From Kudoa neothunni (taxonomy: Eukaryota > Animalia > Cnidaria): a stretch of DNA of 64,000 nucleotides. The notes under the pieces are model-generated. The model made no database searches and was not told where the DNA came from. It saw only the letters and a program-made list of their open reading frames with translations. How positions within the stretch are numbered: the stretch's first letter is position 1; each line of letters opens with the position of its first letter. Position numbers and translations under genes: made by a program. The stretch spans positions 10,627,844 through 10,691,843 of the forward strand of contig OZ199840.1 in assembly GCA_964304625.1 (NCBI GenBank). Direction: 5' to 3'. Below are positions 58,980 to 64,000 of the stretch, piece after piece.

Positions 58980-61900
58980 ATGAGCCCAGATAGTGGCAAG
59001 TATAGAGTTGGCTTTGGAAGAGTAGGTTTTAATTGTACGCATTAAGAAAGAAAACGCCGAAAAAGAAAAATCTCATAAGATGCATCTCAAAAATGTTAAA
59101 AAGGTAATTTGAAATAGAATGGAAATTGAAGCTAACAATTAAAAAAGAAAAGCAAGTGCGTTAACTCGAAAAACCAATGAGGCAACCCGGTCCACATCAA
59201 GTAAGTTGAGTTTAAAGGATAACTCCGGATACCGTTCGACGGGACCGAATAAAATAAAAAGTATTATTCCCCAAAAAATTATTAAGCCTGATGAGTAGAA
59301 ATTTAAGTGGGTTTTATTGATAATGATGGCATCAGCTCCAATTGTTTGTGTAACAACCAATATTGTCAATGTAACTTTATGAGCCTATTGCTGGATAAAA
59401 TTAGACCACCTTTAGGTTATTCAAATTTGGATAGAAACGAAAGAGTAAATTCTGCGTTAACTTTGATAGCAGTAATTTATAAAAATTTCTATTGTGCCAG
59501 CCGTAAAAAACTTCTGTTATTTGATAATTTTTGTTAACAGAATGAAACTGACTCGTCGCAACCAATAACGGAGGAAATAACCTGCTTAACGAAAATAATA
59601 CATGAAGAAGGTGTCAAATATCACAAAGATCTAGTTGGGAAATTTCACTTACGGTGGTTCAATTAAAACTTCGGTAGGTAGATGACAAATTTGAAAAAGC
59701 AATAGTGGAACCTGAGAGCATTTTCAAAAAATTAAAAGAGCTTCGTTCTCCCGTTGATTACCTGGTTTGAGAGTGTGAGTTGATTCAGCAATTTAGAAAT
59801 CACATGGCACTTCCAGAGTTTTAATTGTGATAAAATGTGGTCTAATGATACAACTTAAAGCCGCTTTACAAAATGAACCTCAGAGGTTTGGACGAATATT
59901 TTATTTTGATTTTGCTGATCGATTAGCATAGCTTTGCAGAGAATTTCATGAATGAAGGAGGTTTCGAAGAATTGTTGGTGGAGTTGGGGAAAATTATTTC
60001 GAAAAAGTCCGTTATTTTTATTATTCAATATTTATTTTAGTTAATCAATAAATATGATTATAATTTTTAGTTACCGTTTCGTGCACATTAATCCAATGTA
60101 TGCTATGGATTTATAGGTGTGGTTGGTTTTTTCATACTTTTTAGAGGTCATGTGTATCCATACAATTTGCTGATTTGTATCTCCTTGATTATTTCCGTCA
60201 GTGTATCCATAGAAGAATTGATTATAGTTGTTATATTCACCTTTATTAGGAAGATGCAATACAAACGTTGGTAACCAAACAGGGGTCATTTCGAATTACT
60301 GATAACATTTCCGAATGTGACGACAAATTAAAGTTACAAAGTGTCTTTGAATACCTTAAACTATATTTATTTTGTATTAAGGATAAATATACTTTTTATT
60401 TGAAATTAAAATATTTTTTAATACCAATAATATATTTTGAGATAAATTTATGAAATAAACTAAAAAACAATTTTTTCTATTTAGTTCTGAAAATTTGTAA
60501 GATACTTTGTGATAATCAACATGGGTACATATATGTGCTGGAAAGTCTCGAGAAAGAATCCCTATCAACATTTCCTCACAAAAGATTTAGCGTATATAAT
60601 TTTGAAATGTGTTTTCCTCGATAAAGTGATTAGTTCCTGATGAGTGTGCTTGGAGATAAGATCAGCTATAATAAGAATAAAAATGATCTAAAAATAGAAA
60701 CATTCTCCCTGATAAACAAATTAATTCAAAACAGCTATGTATTAGTTACAGAAATTTACTTAAAACTAATTTAGGTTTTAGTTGGTTGATAACGAGAATC
60801 TCTTTCCCAGGGTAATTCATTAATTTACTCTAGATATATGCGAATAATCAAATGCAGAATTTGTTTAGAAGAATTCATATTCGACTGGAATTGATTGAAC
60901 TTGATATTCTTTCGTTGTTACTCGATTTGCAAATTATAAAAAGTGTGGAGCTAAATAGGTAGTAGTGGTTTTGGCGTTGCTTCAAAGATATATGTTTTTG
61001 TTTAGACAAATCGATTTTTTCCTTGATAAGATGGAAACAGATAAAGAGTTGGTGGAGAGTAGGTTAATTCATTCAGTCGATTGCCGTATCTTGTTTATAT
61101 AATAGAGGAATACCTGCCTAACAACAATCAGAATAATCTTGATCAGCTTTTGAAACTTACCGCCCAAATACTGTGTAACACCAGGTTTATTGATATATTG
61201 GACAATGTTGGATTGTGCCCATGTAAATGCTGAATATAATAGTACTCCTTTAAAATTCCGTTATTATATTCGAGTATAGGCAATGCAAAACACACACATC
61301 TCAAATGGGAGATGGACAACAAACAAACTGCAGAGTGCCCATCCTTCAAAATATTACATATTATCAAAGACCATTTCGACTCAGCCAAATTTAGTAAGCA
61401 CGTTTTCACATGATTTTTAATCGATAAATCTTAGAATTCATATCAAATATAAGAAAATTCACCCATATTACACCCGAAAATGGGATCGAAAAAAACCAAC
61501 TAGAGAGCCGACTCTCAATTTCGGCTAGAATTAGTGCTGTAGAGGAATGTAGCAAATTTCTCATAGGTAAATATTATTTGGACGAATATTCCTCCTAAAA
61601 TAAATTTATCCTTAGAGGAAAAAAAGGAGGTTGAATATAGGAAATCTGTTCCTGCTGTATTGCCAAATATTGAAGAACCTCCATCCACGCCAAATATTTC
61701 TCTTCCTCCTTCACCTCCACTCGCTCCGTCTTCACTCGCTCCACCTCCACTCGCTCCACCTCCACCTGTTCCGCCTCCTCCCATTCCACCTCCTATTGCG
61801 GATGAAAGTATTACTTTCATGTGAAGAATTTACTCCTATAATATTAATGTATAAATTGGTGAAAAGGAAGTAATCAGCCAAAAATTCAAATGAAACGGAT

Positions 61901-63584
61901 AAACTGGATCAAGCTGAACAAAGTAAAAATTAGACATATGTACTAAATGTAACATCCATCTTAAATACAGTCTCAAATCAATGGCACCATGTGGGAAAAT
62001 CCTGCTGCATTGGATGTAAACTCCTCGATCAAAAAATCCAATAGATATTGTTATATAGAATACTTTGAAGGAGATACCCTTGGAGGACTTGAAAACCTAT
62101 TTCGTTATCAAAGTATTTGACCAATTTAGTCGGTAGGCACTTTTTAACGGATCTATTTATTTAGAAACCACTTAAAAAAACTCAAAGTATAATGATTAAA
62201 GAAGCCGACAAAAAAACTGAACTTCTCAATCTCAGTTTGGCGCATGTATAAATTTTTCTGATAATTTATAAATGATTCTAACACAGAATATGAACATATT
62301 TCTATGGAATCTCAAACAAGACGTACAAGATTTTATCAAAATTATTGACAGGGTGGATCCTGAGAATCAAATCGCTTACGACAGGATTTCACAGCTTGAA
62401 AATGTTATCACCAAAAACGACCTCTCCTCATTTTTCAAGCAGATAGTAAAAGATGATTCGGCTCTGGTGTCCAATTTGAGTAACCCTAGCATGTTTCTAT
62501 ACAGCATATACAAGTAATACCAACTCAACAATTGACAGCATAAAATATTTGATTTGATTCTTTATAGAATTAAAGGTTATAAGGAAAAATTGTCCTTTTT
62601 AAAACTACGAAAATCTTTCGACGAAACTTATGATTTATTAATCTCAAATTTTGACCGTAACACAACGAAAATTACGTTTGAATTGTGGCGGATATTTGAT
62701 ATAGAAATTAGTCAAGCGTATAAAAAAATCAAAAACTCGGGTAACCTCCAAAAAGTACTCCACCTCATTTTACACGTTGGCAACTCTTTGAATACAGACG
62801 CTCACAACCAGGTCAAAGGTGCGGTCTTTTTCCTACACTTCGTTTAATTGGTTTTAACTCTAATAGGTTTTAAAATAAATTCTTTGACTAAACTTGAGGA
62901 GACCATTGCTACACAAAACAAGTTCTCATTGCTGAACTATATGGTTTATTTAATTGGTCAAAAAGTGATAACTTTAACATTTGTTCTTCCATTATAATTT
63001 TATGTAGATTCATGAAGCATACAACATTAATGAAGAGCTATCAATTGTTGTCGATGCATCAAAAAAAGAGTTTATTTCTTTTTTTATTGGTGTTGGATAC
63101 AACTAAATATATTTTTTAGTTACGCTCAATTGTTGATGGCTTACAGTGAATTTATGGAGGAAATAAACGTAATTATATTCCCTTATTTATCACAAATAAA
63201 TTTAACTGATGTAAAAAGAATACAAAGTCAAAGAAAATGCGTTCCAAGGACAATATTCTTGATAAAGCTATCGAACAATTTCACCAAATAAACAATTCGA
63301 AAATAGATGAGGTGAAAAACAAAAAAGCCTCTGTTGTGAAATTGGTGAAGAATTTTGAATTTAGTCAGTAATTTATGCAATTTTTTAATAGATTGATAAA
63401 ACCATGAAAAAATTTGGAGAAAGCGCTTCCAAGGGATCTCCAAACGAATTCCTTAAAATAATTGCCTGTTTTTTGTGCTCCTTCTCCGTAATTTCGCATT
63501 GATTATTTCAATAATTGTATATAAACTTAATTTTAGCGTGCCAAGTTACAAAATGAAAATATTAAAGAGTTTAAAACAACTTAA
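58980..63584 (+). CDS. Diaphanous-related formin (GBD/FH3-FH1-FH2), DAAM-like
   Basis: LKAALQNEPQ|SFAENFMNEGGFEELL, NLFRRIHIRLELIEL, poly-Pro FH1 (61675-61800), FH2 MKRINWIKL...GTMW, LQKVLHLILHVGNSLN, GFKINSLTKL, FGE...PNEFL; many short introns, some boundaries and the start codon approximate. Confidence 0.85.
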
Positions 63585-64000
63585 TACTATATTTATTGTT
63601 TTATTTATTTGTTGAATAGTTTCTTAAAAATGTTTTATGATCAATTTGAGCTTTTCTTATCAAATAAGTAATATTTATTTTCGTTAGTAAATAACTGAAC
63701 TAAAATTTTTAATTAATTAATTAATTATAAATTATTTTATTTAATTCCATAGTTGAAAACTTGTCCGATTCAACAATTATCAATGAAAATATCGCAATTT
63801 TTATTTTATTCAATTTTTGGATCATCCTCCATCATTTGTTCAACTAACCTTAAGTGCAAACGACAAACTCTTTCCTAAGTTATAGCTGCATTTTAGTAAC
63901 ATCTCGAAATATCAGAATTGAAAATCCGCCACACTAATTTTACGCCGACAATTCTGCAAGTTGGGTTCGGAATTTTTGTATCCTTCAGGAAATACTAGCG

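Noticed and set aside
59500-59503. 2-nt microexon (AG|CC|GT) in the formin
   Set aside because: A single intron from about 59446 to 59540 keeps the frame without it
60803-60870. Non-canonical GG donor in the formin
   Set aside because: An upstream CAG acceptor gives a canonical in-frame join (PR|NLFRRIHIR)

Overview
AT-rich eukaryotic (animal-like) genomic DNA. Genes are split by many very short GT-AG introns (mostly about 40-100 nt) and separated by decayed transposons. Fast-evolving protein sequences plus tiny introns suggest a reduced metazoan parasite such as a myxozoan; this is inference only. Ten gene models were assembled by hand, most with traced splice junctions: SGK3 (+), DTL/Cdt2 (+), two adjacent RRM genes largely missed by the ORF track (-; one has an 8-nt microexon inside RNP1), ELOF1 (+), VCP/p97 (-), SMC6 (-), PPME1 (+), a two-box HMGB-like gene broken by a single-base frameshift (-), and a DAAM-like formin (+). 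Mobile DNA includes nested piggyBac elements, two Mutator/MULE (SWIM) elements with TIRs, a hAT-Charlie-like MITE family, Tigger/pogo remnants and a BEL/Pao fragment. The most unusual signals are (1) a GC-rich SINE-like island at 53.68-53.94 kb containing a degenerate, circularly permuted twister-ribozyme-like core, (2) its location inside a 4-kb unit with mismatched piggyBac ends flanked by a 33-bp direct repeat, and (3) the HMG frameshift next to a UUU-UGA site.
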